Shown here: positions 1 through 9,182 of the stretch, in pieces | How the letters are laid out: every line of letters begins with the position of its first letter | Numbering within the stretch: position 1 is the stretch's first letter | Assembly (NCBI GenBank): GCA_018901655.1 | Contig: JAHIEG010000001.1 | Coordinates: 1 to 63,638 of the forward strand | Origin: Nanobdellota archaeon | Lineage (GTDB): Archaea > Aenigmatarchaeota > Aenigmatarchaeia > Aenigmatarchaeales > Aenigmatarchaeaceae | DNA length: 63,638 bases | Reading direction: 5' to 3' | Position numbers and translations under genes: made by a program | The notes under the pieces: generated by a model | The model's input: only the letters and a program-made list of their open reading frames with translations | Told to the model about the DNA's origin: nothing | The model's database searches: none

Positions 1-2
1 GG

Positions 3-110
3 AAATTCTTCTGGGGTTCTGGCCTCTGGAGCCCTGTTGTATTTTTTGATTCAGTGGGCCAGAACCATGAACTAATATCAGTCTATATCTCTTCACAGAA
101 ATACCACTAG
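3..110 (+). mobile_element. tnpA: C-terminal part of IS200/IS605-family HUH (Y1) transposase TnpA, truncated by the window edge
   Basis: Frame from nt 3 reads KFFWGSGLWSPVVFFDSVGQNHELISVYISSQKYH*, matching the TnpA C-terminal pattern LWSxSYFxxSVG...YIxxQ that carries the catalytic Tyr. Not in the ORF track. Confidence 0.8.
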
Positions 111-124
111 TCTCTGACTAGTGG
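104..124 (+). repeat. Perfect hairpin, probable IS200/IS605 right-end subterminal palindrome
   Basis: ccactagtc-tct-gactagtgg: 9-bp stem and 3-nt loop overlapping the tnpA stop codon. Confidence 0.7.
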
Positions 125-165
125 ATGCACAGGGGTTTATAAATGTTATTTTATAATAACTAACT

Positions 166-693
166 ATGGCGAAGAGAATTGTAATTACAGGAGCATCAGG
201 CACAGGTAAGAGCTCAATTATAGAAATGATACATGATAAAGGATTCTGCGTAGAACATGAAATAGCAAGAGAATTAATAGATGATTTAAGAAGATATGGA
301 CACAAAAATCCACACAAAGAAAATAGAGATTCTTTTCAGAAGGAAGTATTGCATAGACAATTAGAAAGGGAAAAAAAATTAATTGATTTTGAAGGAATTG
401 TTTTCTTTGACAGGGGTATAATCGATAACATCGCTTATTATCGATTAGATGAAATGGAGCCCCCAGGATATTTAAAAAATTTGGCTAGGGATATAAGATA
501 TGATTACATATTCTATCTTGAGCCAATCTCAAAAGATAAACTACAAAATAGAAATTTGAATGACAAGGAAAGAATTTATGTTGGGCAGTTAATATTAAAT
601 GAATATTTAAGATACGGATATAATCCTATAAAAGTGCCCGAATTAACTCCAGATGAAAGAATAAATATGATATTTACTAAGTTGTGTTTATGA
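166..693 (+). CDS. AAA_28 / NadR-type P-loop nucleoside kinase-like ATPase
   Basis: Walker A GASGTGKS, an E-x-AR motif, and FFDRG with D..AY, typical of the NadR RNK-like family. Confidence 0.8.
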   Translation: MAKRIVITGASGTGKSSIIEMIHDKGFCVEHEIARELIDDLRRYGHKNPHKENRDSFQKEVLHRQLEREKKLIDFEGIVFFDRGIIDNIAYYRLDEMEPPGYLKNLARDIRYDYIFYLEPISKDKLQNRNLNDKERIYVGQLILNEYLRYGYNPIKVPELTPDERINMIFTKLCL

Positions 694-706
694 GAGATGA
701 TGTAAA

Positions 707-1339
707 ATGATTAAGGTTATAGCTTTTGATATGTGGCAAACACTAGGCACGTATAAATTTAATCTCTTGGAAGAGGCTCTTAAATTGTCAGGATTGAATA
801 TGTCTCTAGAAGAATTTATACACCAAAAAGGCAAAATCAAAATAAGAAAAGATCTAGATGATAAAGGGCGTTTTGTAGATAAAATAAGACAGCTTGGGGT
901 AACCGATGATTCTAAATTGCAAAAAATAGAAGAATTGTACATTGATGCACATGAATCAATCTTCCTCTATAATGATGCGCTTGAGACACTAAATGGTCTG
1001 AAAAAGAGAGGAAAAATTCTTGTCATTATCACCAATGTCGATGCTTATGCACATAATAAAATTATGAAATTGTTTCCTAGAGAATTATTTGATTTTATTT
1101 TGGCATCACATGAAATAGGCATCAAAAAGCCGGATAAAAGAATTTTCTTAAAACTCATTGAAAAATTCCCTGTAAGATCGGAAGAGATTTTAATGGTAGG
1201 GGATAGTGATGAAATGGATATAAAGCCAGCAAAGCTGTTAGGTTGGAAAACAGCGTTTATTAGCAGAAATAACAAGAAAAGCAAGTATGCTGATTATAAT
1301 TTAACAAGTTTAAGAGATTTATTGCAGATAGCCGAATAA
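707..1339 (+). CDS. HAD-superfamily hydrolase (subfamily IA)
   Basis: FDMWQTL (motif I), ITN (motif II), KKPD and VGDSDEMDI (motifs III/IV). Confidence 0.9.
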   Translation: MIKVIAFDMWQTLGTYKFNLLEEALKLSGLNMSLEEFIHQKGKIKIRKDLDDKGRFVDKIRQLGVTDDSKLQKIEELYIDAHESIFLYNDALETLNGLKKRGKILVIITNVDAYAHNKIMKLFPRELFDFILASHEIGIKKPDKRIFLKLIEKFPVRSEEILMVGDSDEMDIKPAKLLGWKTAFISRNNKKSKYADYNLTSLRDLLQIAE

Positions 1340-1392
1340 ATTAAGATTTTTCAAGAAACTCATGTTAAATAACTTTTTTGTATATAAAATAT

Positions 1393-2613
1393 TTATGATA
1401 TTTTCAATTTTTTATCTGTATAAATATTATATGCCTTTTCTAATAGTATCTTTTGTTTTTTATTAAGATTTTCAAATAGTATTTTTTTGTTTTTTTCTTC
1501 TAATGCATCTACTACTCTTATAAAATGACTCGTTGGGATATATTTTTTAATCTTAAAAAGTTTCAGTAGAAAAGGCATACCCTTTTCTTTGTAATAAAAG
1601 TTATTAACCTCTTCTTCTGAATATTTTTGTTTATATAAATCAATAATAGCAAAAAATATTATTTTATCTGTAATATCTTTTAATTGTTTGATAGAGATCT
1701 TCAATGCGGCTCCGGTAAAAATAGAATCATCAATCATTAAAACAGGATAATTACGTTTTTTAAATTTACTAATACTACACTTTTTAATTATAGGTTCATG
1801 CATCTTTCTTTTTAGAAGATTATCAGTAAATTTTTTTCTATTATAGAGGTAATTATATTCTCCGACAATTAAAGGTAATTTCAAGTTTTTAAAAATTTGT
1901 TCTGTTAATATTAATGAATTCTTTTTGCAATACTTGTTTATTGGTGCTTTTGCTGTAGTATAAATGATATAATTTTTATTCTTCTTAATATAGTTTTTAA
2001 TAATTTTTGTTAATTTATTGGCATATTTTTTTATAATTATTGGATCTCCGAATTTAAATCGAGAATATTCTCGAATTATTTTTTTGTTAAGTTTTTTATA
2101 CAAAATTATTTTTTCAACATCAATATTTTTTATAGAATACCTTTTAAGTATTCTCTTAATAATATCTGTGGTATGGATTTTGTTAGATATTTTTAAAAGT
2201 CTAAACTTAATAGAAGGAAACTTTGATTCAAGTAGTTTTTTAAATTTTTGTCTTCTTTTAAATTCGATTTTATTATTTTGAGAAATAACTACCATGTCTG
2301 GCTTAATCGATTTTAAAATTTTATCATTATATGCTGATAGATAAGATGTAAAAACATAATCTACCGATTGAAGGCCCGCAATAATTTCAGCTCTTTGTTT
2401 AGCAGAAAAAATTGGGCGTGTTGATCCCTTTCTCTCTTTTACATTTTTATCATCTGCCAAACCAACTATTAAAATATCACCAAATTTTTTGGATTCCCTT
2501 AAATATCTGATATGACCTACAGTTATAATATCAAAACTACCACCAATTAAAACAGTTTTTAATTTTCCAAAATTAATTTTCTTTAATTTATTAATTGAAA
2601 TAATTTTTCCCAT
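1393..2613 (-). CDS. Cytidylyltransferase-like (HxGH) domain fused to a PRTase_3-like phosphoribosyltransferase domain
   Basis: GGSFDIITVGHIRYL..SKKFGDILIVG at the N-terminus; YSRFKFGD and the PRPP-binding loop MIDDSIFTG at the C-terminus; very AT-rich. Confidence 0.75.
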   Translation of the reverse strand: MGKIISINKLKKINFGKLKTVLIGGSFDIITVGHIRYLRESKKFGDILIVGLADDKNVKERKGSTRPIFSAKQRAEIIAGLQSVDYVFTSYLSAYNDKILKSIKPDMVVISQNNKIEFKRRQKFKKLLESKFPSIKFRLLKISNKIHTTDIIKRILKRYSIKNIDVEKIILYKKLNKKIIREYSRFKFGDPIIIKKYANKLTKIIKNYIKKNKNYIIYTTAKAPINKYCKKNSLILTEQIFKNLKLPLIVGEYNYLYNRKKFTDNLLKRKMHEPIIKKCSISKFKKRNYPVLMIDDSIFTGAALKISIKQLKDITDKIIFFAIIDLYKQKYSEEEVNNFYYKEKGMPFLLKLFKIKKYIPTSHFIRVVDALEEKNKKILFENLNKKQKILLEKAYNIYTDKKLKIS

Positions 2614-2781
2614 ATAATTTACTCCTTAGCATTACCGAATAATTAAATATAATATGTATAGATATTTATATATACTGATAAAAATGCTCCAGAAATAATT
2701 CTTTATTCATGTCATTGAGTAAGTAAACTACTCAAACATCCCGAGTGTACCACTTTTAAATTCTATAAAACCATTCTAATT

Positions 2782-2940
2782 ATGAGCTTTAAACGAAGAC
2801 GATATGAGAATCAAAAAATAGGTAAAGAAAGAATTCAAATATTAAGAGATATGAAAGAAAAATATCCAGAGTTTAAAGAAAGATATGATGAATTAATAAA
2901 TAAGATATCTAAAAAATATCGAATACCAAAAGGCTTTTAA
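2782..2940 (+). CDS. rnp4: Short RNase P protein Rpp21-like ORF (52 aa, no zinc ribbon)
   Basis: MSFKRRRYENQKIGKERIQILRDMKEKYPEFKERYDELINKISKKYRIPKGF matches the Rpp21 N-terminal helices (KIAxERI...P....RY....KI..KYR) and sits in the usual position upstream of rps19e. Not in the ORF track. Confidence 0.6.
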   Translation: MSFKRRRYENQKIGKERIQILRDMKEKYPEFKERYDELINKISKKYRIPKGF

Positions 2941-2971
2941 ACCTTGGTAGAACATTATAAAGTGATATAAT

Positions 2972-3367
2972 ATGAAGACACCTTCACAAACAATAGAGGG
3001 AATAAAGGAAACCTTGATGAAAGATAGTAAGATTTCACAGCCAGAATGGTCTAGATTTATTAAAACAGGAGTAAATGTAGAAAGACCACCTTCGCAACCA
3101 GATTGGTGGTTTATTAGAGAAGCAGCTATATTGAGAAAAGTATCAATTCATGGACCAGTTGGTGTACAGAGGTTAAGAACAGCATATGGTGGAAAGAGAA
3201 GAAGAGGACATAAGCCTCCACATCGAAAAGATGCAGGTGGTAAAATAATTAGAACAATGCTTCAACAGTTAGAAGAAGCAGGATATATTAAAAAGGTTGA
3301 TAAGCCTAAGATAGGAAGAATGCTTACAAGTAAAGGTCAATCATTGGTTGATAAGTGTGGTAAGTAA
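2972..3367 (+). CDS. rps19e: 30S ribosomal protein S19e
   Basis: PEWSRFIKTG..ERPP.QPDWWFIREAAILRK; YGG..RRG..P; GKIIRTMLQQLEEAG. Confidence 0.97.
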   Translation: MKTPSQTIEGIKETLMKDSKISQPEWSRFIKTGVNVERPPSQPDWWFIREAAILRKVSIHGPVGVQRLRTAYGGKRRRGHKPPHRKDAGGKIIRTMLQQLEEAGYIKKVDKPKIGRMLTSKGQSLVDKCGK

Positions 3368-3377
3368 AAAAATACAT

Positions 3378-3611
3378 ATGGATGGAGCAAATAAAGAAGT
3401 CTTGAAAAAAGCAATGACTAAAGACGCTTTAGAAAGATTATCACGACTTAAAATTTCAAGTCCAATAACAGCAACACAACTTGAAGCATATATAATTCAT
3501 GTTTACCAAACAGGACAAGTAACAACTAAGATAGATGATGAACAACTAAAGCAAGTTTTACAAGTTTTAAATCCTAAAAAAGATGTTAAAATAATAAGAA
3601 AGAGGAAATGA
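3378..3611 (+). CDS. PDCD5/TFAR19-family DNA-binding protein
   Basis: MTKDALERLSRLKI...EAYII...GQVTTKIDDEQLKQVL; conserved position after rps19e. Start moved to the ATG at 3378. Confidence 0.9.
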   Translation: MDGANKEVLKKAMTKDALERLSRLKISSPITATQLEAYIIHVYQTGQVTTKIDDEQLKQVLQVLNPKKDVKIIRKRK

Positions 3612-3613
3612 AT

Positions 3614-3781
3614 ATGGGAGCAATAAAACATTTAGCAAGAAAATTAAGATTGATTGCAGTTAGAAAGAAGAAAGCTGCTCCTAGATGGGCTGATTTAAAG
3701 AAATTTGGAAAACGAGCTAGATCAAGAAGAATTAGAGTTCATAAGACAAAACACTGGAGACGAAGCCGTCTTAAAGTTTAA
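3614..3781 (+). CDS. rpl39e: 50S ribosomal protein L39e
   Basis: MGAIKHLARKLRL...AAPRW...KHWRRSRLKV; basic 55-aa ORF not in the ORF track. Confidence 0.9.
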   Translation: MGAIKHLARKLRLIAVRKKKAAPRWADLKKFGKRARSRRIRVHKTKHWRRSRLKV

Positions 3782-4526
3782 TTCTTTTTTTGACATTATT
3801 AATATTTTTCTTAACTTTATTATATTCTTTTTCGTATTTTTTTCTATAAATTCCAAATAATCTTAAAATATTTTTAATAGCAGGGTGATCTAATATTTTA
3901 TCTAATTTATGCATTTTTTCCATTATAGCTAATAAACCTAAAGTAAGTAGCCCATAAGTTATCGGTGTTCCTATTTGAAAGCCAGCTTCATACACATAGC
4001 TTCCAGAATTAATGATTATTGTTTCAAATATTAAATCAGCTATAGTTGCTATTACTGCTAACATTAGTGCAGCTTCTTTGTTGTATTCTTTTATATTGGA
4101 TATTCCCCACAATCCAATAATTATTGATACTGGTAACATATTTGCTGTTGGTTCCATGTATATTTCTCTAATCCACATTGCTAATGCAATTAAAATTAGA
4201 ATATAAAAAATACCATTTGCTCTAATTGGCATTTTAATTTTATATGCATTTATGAATACAAATCTTGCTATTACTCCTGCTGAGAAAAATAAAAATACTA
4301 ATTCTATAGGAACTAGATCCATTATAAAATAAATAGATTCACGATAAGTCCAATTTCCTACAGACGTTCCAAGATATTCAATAATAAAATCTGCTAAAGC
4401 TAAAATCAAACCAATTATAGAATAATTTAATATTTCTCTAAAATCTTTAATTCTGAAAAGAAACATTAGTATTGCTAATGTTATTAAAATTCCAACTACA
4501 GTTAATATTGTTAAATATCCGAACAT
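3771..4526 (-). CDS. Multi-pass membrane protein with lycopene-cyclase-like (CarR/DUF2878-type) repeats
   Basis: IIEYLGTSVGNWTY...VPIELVFLFF, with a second repeat IFETIIINSGSYVY. Confidence 0.55.
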   Translation of the reverse strand: MFGYLTILTVVGILITLAILMFLFRIKDFREILNYSIIGLILALADFIIEYLGTSVGNWTYRESIYFIMDLVPIELVFLFFSAGVIARFVFINAYKIKMPIRANGIFYILILIALAMWIREIYMEPTANMLPVSIIIGLWGISNIKEYNKEAALMLAVIATIADLIFETIIINSGSYVYEAGFQIGTPITYGLLTLGLLAIMEKMHKLDKILDHPAIKNILRLFGIYRKKYEKEYNKVKKNINNVKKRIKL

Positions 4527-4563
4527 AACTAAACTAATACTGTATAGCTGGTATTTAAAAAAA

Positions 4564-5166
4564 TTATTTTATTTTTTCATTTAAATAGAGAGCTAATCCT
4601 GCTATAAGCACCCCAATGATGAAAAAATCTTTGTACGGTATTACAATATTATAACCCGTATATCCGCCTAATAGTAATAAAAGTGTATCAAATATTACAT
4701 CTATTGCTGCTCCAAGTGCACCAGCTATTATTATTATTGGATTTCTATATTTTAGGAATAAAGCTACTCCTAGAAATAAAAAGAATATAAATAAAGCAGT
4801 ATCTAAAACATATACAAATGCTGTTAAAAGTGTTAATAGGGCAAATAAAAATACATATTTACTACTTTTTTCTTGTTTTTGTGGATTAGGGTTAAAATAG
4901 TCTTTAAAATAAATTGTTAACACAGCTGTTGCAAATCCCATTAATACATATAGTAGTACCATTTCTAGTGGAGTATTTAGAATACTTATAAAAGTTTCTG
5001 GCCATGCCCAATCACCTCTAAGTATTCCTATTTCTTCAACAAATAATCCAAGTAAACCTGTAATAAATGCAGATAAAATATAGATAAGATATTTTCCTTT
5101 ATTATATTTGTAAAAAATTAAACCACATGCTATTATAGAAAATATAAGATAAATAAATAATAACAT
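4564..5166 (-). CDS. Multi-pass membrane protein, paralogue of 3771-4526
   Basis: FVEEIGILRGDWAW...TPLEMVLLY, with a second repeat IFDTLLLLLGGY. Confidence 0.55.
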   Translation of the reverse strand: MLLFIYLIFSIIACGLIFYKYNKGKYLIYILSAFITGLLGLFVEEIGILRGDWAWPETFISILNTPLEMVLLYVLMGFATAVLTIYFKDYFNPNPQKQEKSSKYVFLFALLTLLTAFVYVLDTALFIFFLFLGVALFLKYRNPIIIIAGALGAAIDVIFDTLLLLLGGYTGYNIVIPYKDFFIIGVLIAGLALYLNEKIK

Positions 5167-5308
5167 ATTGATATTGGAATAGAAGCAATATATAAAGTTT
5201 TTGTTTTAGTTGTTATCTTTAATATGTAATTTTATGAATATTTCAATTAAAGAGCAAACTTTAAATACATTAAAACCACGAATAATTATAAACATAAGGT
5301 AGATGTCT

Positions 5309-5758
5309 ATGGCTGATGAAAAAATATATACAATTCCTATGCGAAAAGCATATAGGGGAGTTAGACAAAAAAGAGCAAAGCGAGCTATTGCTATAATTAA
5401 TCAATATCTTATTAGACATATGAAAGCAGATAGTGTTAACATTGGTAAAACAGTTAATGAATCTGTTTGGGCAAGGGGTATACAAAAGCCACCAAGAAAA
5501 GTTAGAATTCATGCTATTTTAGATAATAAAGTTGCTTATGCCGAATTGGTTGGAATTGATATTAAAACACCTTCTCAAGAACAAGTTAAAGAAAAAGATA
5601 AAAAGAAAATAGATAAGAGAGAAAAAATAAAGGAAGAAAGAAAGGAAAGAAAGAAGATATCACTTTCAGAAGAATTGGACGAATCAGGAAGAGTGGGAGA
5701 AGAAGTAAAGGAAAAAGAATCTGTTCCAAAAGTAATTCCTGAAAATAGTGCAAAATAA
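5309..5758 (+). CDS. rpl31e: 50S ribosomal protein L31e with a charged C-terminal extension
   Basis: IYTIPMR...KRAKRAI...RHMK...NE.VWARGIQKPPRKVRI. Confidence 0.95.
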   Translation: MADEKIYTIPMRKAYRGVRQKRAKRAIAIINQYLIRHMKADSVNIGKTVNESVWARGIQKPPRKVRIHAILDNKVAYAELVGIDIKTPSQEQVKEKDKKKIDKREKIKEERKERKKISLSEELDESGRVGEEVKEKESVPKVIPENSAK

Positions 5759-5772
5759 TTATAGAGAATAGA

Positions 5773-5810
5773 TAACGTTAATTGTTGTATATAACATCAC
5801 TTTTATATAT
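5773..5810 (+). promoter_or_regulatory. 38-bp palindrome plus TATA element, copy A1
   Basis: taacgttaattgttgtatataacatcacttttatatat; 34/38 identical to 12285-12322; ends 22 nt before the ATG at 5833. Confidence 0.7.
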
Positions 5811-5832
5811 GCATTCTTTTAAACAATGTTTA

Positions 5833-6438
5833 ATGAAAGAAAGAGTAGTTTTTATTGATATTGATGATACGATTGTTAATGGGGCAATTGCAGAAGGTAT
5901 AGGTATTGCGGCATTAAGACAAACAAGAGGTAGTGTAAAAGCTTGTGCAACTTTGAAAGCGCTTCAAGTTAAAAGTGGTGCTTATTTGTTTGGAGAAACT
6001 TGGGCGCTTAGAGTTCTTGTAAAATCTCTTAAGAAAGCAGGATTTACTAAAAGTGATATAGAGAAATTTTCTGAAAGTTATATTGATAGAAAAATAAAAC
6101 CCGGAGCAGAAAAATTTTTGAGAGATGTTTCAGAAAATTCTGATCTTGTTATATTGACAACTGGATTTAATACTGGTTTAGAAATGCTGGAAAAAAAATA
6201 TAGTTTGAATTTGGTTGGAAAAATATCAAATGAACTTGTTTATAATGGAAACAATGAAATTGTTTCTTCAAATATTTTATATAATGATAAAAATATTGTA
6301 AGAAGGGTTTCAGAAATAGCTTCAGATTATGATACAGGTGTTGTAATTGATGATCGGCCTGGTAGATATTTTGAAATAAATGGTCATAATGATATGCTTG
6401 TTTACAAGAGTATTGTTGATTTTAAGAAAAATCAATGA
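5833..6438 (+). CDS. HAD-superfamily phosphatase (phosphoserine-phosphatase-like)
   Basis: VVFIDIDDTIV (DxDxT), ILTTG, VVIDD. Start set at MKERVV. Confidence 0.7.
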   Translation: MKERVVFIDIDDTIVNGAIAEGIGIAALRQTRGSVKACATLKALQVKSGAYLFGETWALRVLVKSLKKAGFTKSDIEKFSESYIDRKIKPGAEKFLRDVSENSDLVILTTGFNTGLEMLEKKYSLNLVGKISNELVYNGNNEIVSSNILYNDKNIVRRVSEIASDYDTGVVIDDRPGRYFEINGHNDMLVYKSIVDFKKNQ

Positions 6439-6479
6439 ATAAATCAAAACTTAAATACTTCTATTTCTCTATTGACTTT

Positions 6480-7130
6480 ATGGAATTCATTAAATTAGCT
6501 TTTAGTGGGGATTCTAATTTAGGACTATACGGTTTTGCTACAGAAACAAAGTGCTTATTAGGATTTGAACCACAGAATAAAAATAAAATTGAAAAGGTAC
6601 TTGGAGTTAAAGTATATCATAGTACAATTGCTGAGACGAGATTTGCTGGAATACTTGCAGTTGGAAATGATAATGGTCTATTAGTTCCAGGTATAACTGA
6701 ACCTCATGAGATAGAAAAATTAAAAAAAATATTTTCTAATGTTCAGGTTATAGATACAAAGCAAACAGCTTTGGGAAATTTAATCTTATGTAATGATAAA
6801 GGATGTTTAATTGCAGAAAATTTAGAAAAATATAAAGATATGATTTCTAAGTGTTTAGGAGTTCCAGTAGAAGTGGGTACAATAGCTGGATTAGATATAA
6901 TTGGATCTGCTGGAAAGGCTACAAATACTGGCTGTTTGGTTCATAGAGATGCAACAGATGAAGAGATTAAAAAAATAGAAGAAGTATTAGGAGTAAAGGT
7001 TGATGTTGGTACTGTTAATTTTGGAACACCATTTATAAAAGCTGGTGTTATAGTTAATAGTAAGGGTTTAGTGATTTCAGAGAAATCAACTGGACCAGAA
7101 ATAGATCGATGTTTTGAGGTGTTTAAATGA
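6480..7130 (+). CDS. eif6: Translation initiation factor 6 (aIF6)
   Basis: GDSNLGLYG, TALGNLILCNDKG, GTVNFG.PFIKAG..VNSKG, STGPE. Confidence 0.96.
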   Translation: MEFIKLAFSGDSNLGLYGFATETKCLLGFEPQNKNKIEKVLGVKVYHSTIAETRFAGILAVGNDNGLLVPGITEPHEIEKLKKIFSNVQVIDTKQTALGNLILCNDKGCLIAENLEKYKDMISKCLGVPVEVGTIAGLDIIGSAGKATNTGCLVHRDATDEEIKKIEEVLGVKVDVGTVNFGTPFIKAGVIVNSKGLVISEKSTGPEIDRCFEVFK

Positions 7131-7507
7131 GTCAAGAAAAAATGATGCAGTTTCAGGTTCTTCAAAATAATTTGAAGCAGCTTGAAGAAAGAGAAAAATT
7201 GTTAATTCAAGGAATAGACGATTTAGAAAGAACAAAATTTGCTTTAAACGAATTGGGTGGATTGAAAGGAAAAGCATACATACCGGTTGGAGCAAATAAT
7301 TTTATTGAAGGAAGTATAGAAGATAGCGAAAATGTTTTAATTACAATTGGTGCTGGAATAGCTGTTAAGAGACCAAGAAAAGAAGCTTTAGAAGTAAATG
7401 ATAAGAGAATTAAGGAATTTAATAATGAAGCTGAAAAAACATTGAAAGAGATGAAAGTATTAGGTTCTAAACTTTCTAAACTTCAAGCAGAATTACGAAA
7501 TAAGTGA
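7127..7507 (+). CDS. pfdA: Prefoldin subunit alpha
   Basis: Coiled coils flanking YIPVGAN.FIEG...ENVLITIGAGIAV. Confidence 0.95.
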   Translation: MSQEKMMQFQVLQNNLKQLEEREKLLIQGIDDLERTKFALNELGGLKGKAYIPVGANNFIEGSIEDSENVLITIGAGIAVKRPRKEALEVNDKRIKEFNNEAEKTLKEMKVLGSKLSKLQAELRNK

Positions 7508-7512
7508 GAATA

Positions 7513-8823
7513 ATGTTTGGTCTATTAAAGAAGAAACTTAAGGAAAGCGTTGAAAAGATTTCTAATGTAGTTAAGGCAAAGGAAGACCATCCAACGATTG
7601 AAGATATTGCTGAAAAAGTAGATGAAGTAGTTCATGAAAAATTAGAAGAAATTTCTTTAGAATCAGTTGAACGAAAAAAAACACTTGAAGAATTAGAAGC
7701 AGAAATTCTTGAACTTGAAAAGAAATTAGCTATACCTGAAGATATTCTTGAAAAACCAATTGAAGAGAAGACTGAAGTTGTAGAAAAAAATGAAGAAGAA
7801 GTTAAAGAGAAAGTAATGGAAGACGTTAAAGAGATTGTTGATGAATTAGAGAAAGAAGATCAATTTGTTGAAGATATTAAAATAAGTGAAGAGTTAGAAA
7901 AAGAAATAAAACCTGAAATTGTTAGAGAAATTAAAATAGAACCAAAAAAGGAAGGAATATTTAAAAAAATCAAAAAGAAAATTACTGAGAAAGAGTTGAA
8001 AGAGTCTGATGTTAAGGATATTTTGTGGGATTTACAAATTTCTTTAGTACAATCTGATGTAGCATTAGAAGTTGCTGAAAAAATAATTAAAGATTTAGAA
8101 AATAATTTGATTGGTCAGTCTGTATCAAAAAATAAGATTGATGATATTGTTAAAAGTTCATTAAAAGATTCTGTTAAAGATATACTAAATGTTAAAGAAA
8201 TTGATTTATTATCTGAAGTTAAAACCAAAAAACCTTATCTGATTACTTTTATTGGATTTAATGGATCTGGTAAGACAACAAGTATAGCAAGAGTTGGATA
8301 TTTATTGAAACAAGCTGGCTTTAGTGTTGTGTTTGCAGCAGCAGATACTTGGAGAGCAGCGTCGATTGAACAACTTGAAGAACATGGTAATAATCTTGGA
8401 ATAAATGTAATTAAACAAAAATATGGTTCAGACCCAGCAGCTGTTATATTTGATGCTGTTAAACATGCTAAGTCTAAGGGTATTGATATTGTACTTGCAG
8501 ATACTGCTGGAAGAAGTCACGCTAATGTTAATCTTATTGAGGAGTTGAAGAAAATCGTTAGAGTAAACACACCTGATATGAAAATACTTGTTATGGATGC
8601 ATTGACCGGTAATGACGTGGTTGATCAGACTTCAATGTTTAATGAGGCTGTTGGGGTTGATGCATTAATTCTAACTAAGACTGATGTTTATGAGAAAGGT
8701 GGAGCTATTCTTTCATCTGTTCATAATATCAAGAAGCCTATTCTTTATTTAGGTGTTGGTCAAGATTACAAGGATCTGAAGAAATTTGATTCTGATGAGA
8801 TTGTTAAGAACTTAATGGAATAG
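7513..8823 (+). CDS. ftsY: SRP receptor FtsY with an acidic N-terminal domain
   Basis: GFNGSGKTT, DTWRAASIEQL, DTAGR, TKTD, KGG. Confidence 0.97.
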   Translation: MFGLLKKKLKESVEKISNVVKAKEDHPTIEDIAEKVDEVVHEKLEEISLESVERKKTLEELEAEILELEKKLAIPEDILEKPIEEKTEVVEKNEEEVKEKVMEDVKEIVDELEKEDQFVEDIKISEELEKEIKPEIVREIKIEPKKEGIFKKIKKKITEKELKESDVKDILWDLQISLVQSDVALEVAEKIIKDLENNLIGQSVSKNKIDDIVKSSLKDSVKDILNVKEIDLLSEVKTKKPYLITFIGFNGSGKTTSIARVGYLLKQAGFSVVFAAADTWRAASIEQLEEHGNNLGINVIKQKYGSDPAAVIFDAVKHAKSKGIDIVLADTAGRSHANVNLIEELKKIVRVNTPDMKILVMDALTGNDVVDQTSMFNEAVGVDALILTKTDVYEKGGAILSSVHNIKKPILYLGVGQDYKDLKKFDSDEIVKNLME

Positions 8824-8862
8824 ATTTAAATTCTTTAATTCCAAACCTTAATTAGTGATTAA

Positions 8863-9153
8863 ATGGTTGAATCAAAACATTATACAAACGATAACAAGAC
8901 GAAATGGATAATTGCACCTAAAGAAGGAATTCATGAAAAATATCCAAATGCAATATGCTTAGGCGAGGATCATAGAGAAGATATTTTACAATGGCTAAAA
9001 CAGGAATATTATTTTGAAAGAGAGGATGGAGTTATTTATGCTGTTCCGTTCACTGATAGGAGAAGAAACTATTATAGACAAGTTGCTTCTAAAGTTGTAA
9101 ATGATATGACAGATCAAATAAAGAATTTTGTCTGGAAAGGAGATAACCAATAA
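8863..9153 (+). CDS. Hypothetical protein
   Basis: Open 96-aa ORF between ftsY and srp54; no motif recognised. Confidence 0.6.
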   Translation: MVESKHYTNDNKTKWIIAPKEGIHEKYPNAICLGEDHREDILQWLKQEYYFEREDGVIYAVPFTDRRRNYYRQVASKVVNDMTDQIKNFVWKGDNQ

Positions 9154-9182
9154 TTTAAAAGCCTTGAATATTAATTCTAATT

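Noticed and set aside
2716-2736. ttgagta/tactcaa inverted repeat upstream of rnp4
   Set aside because: 7-bp AT-rich stem, expected by chance; no second copy seen.
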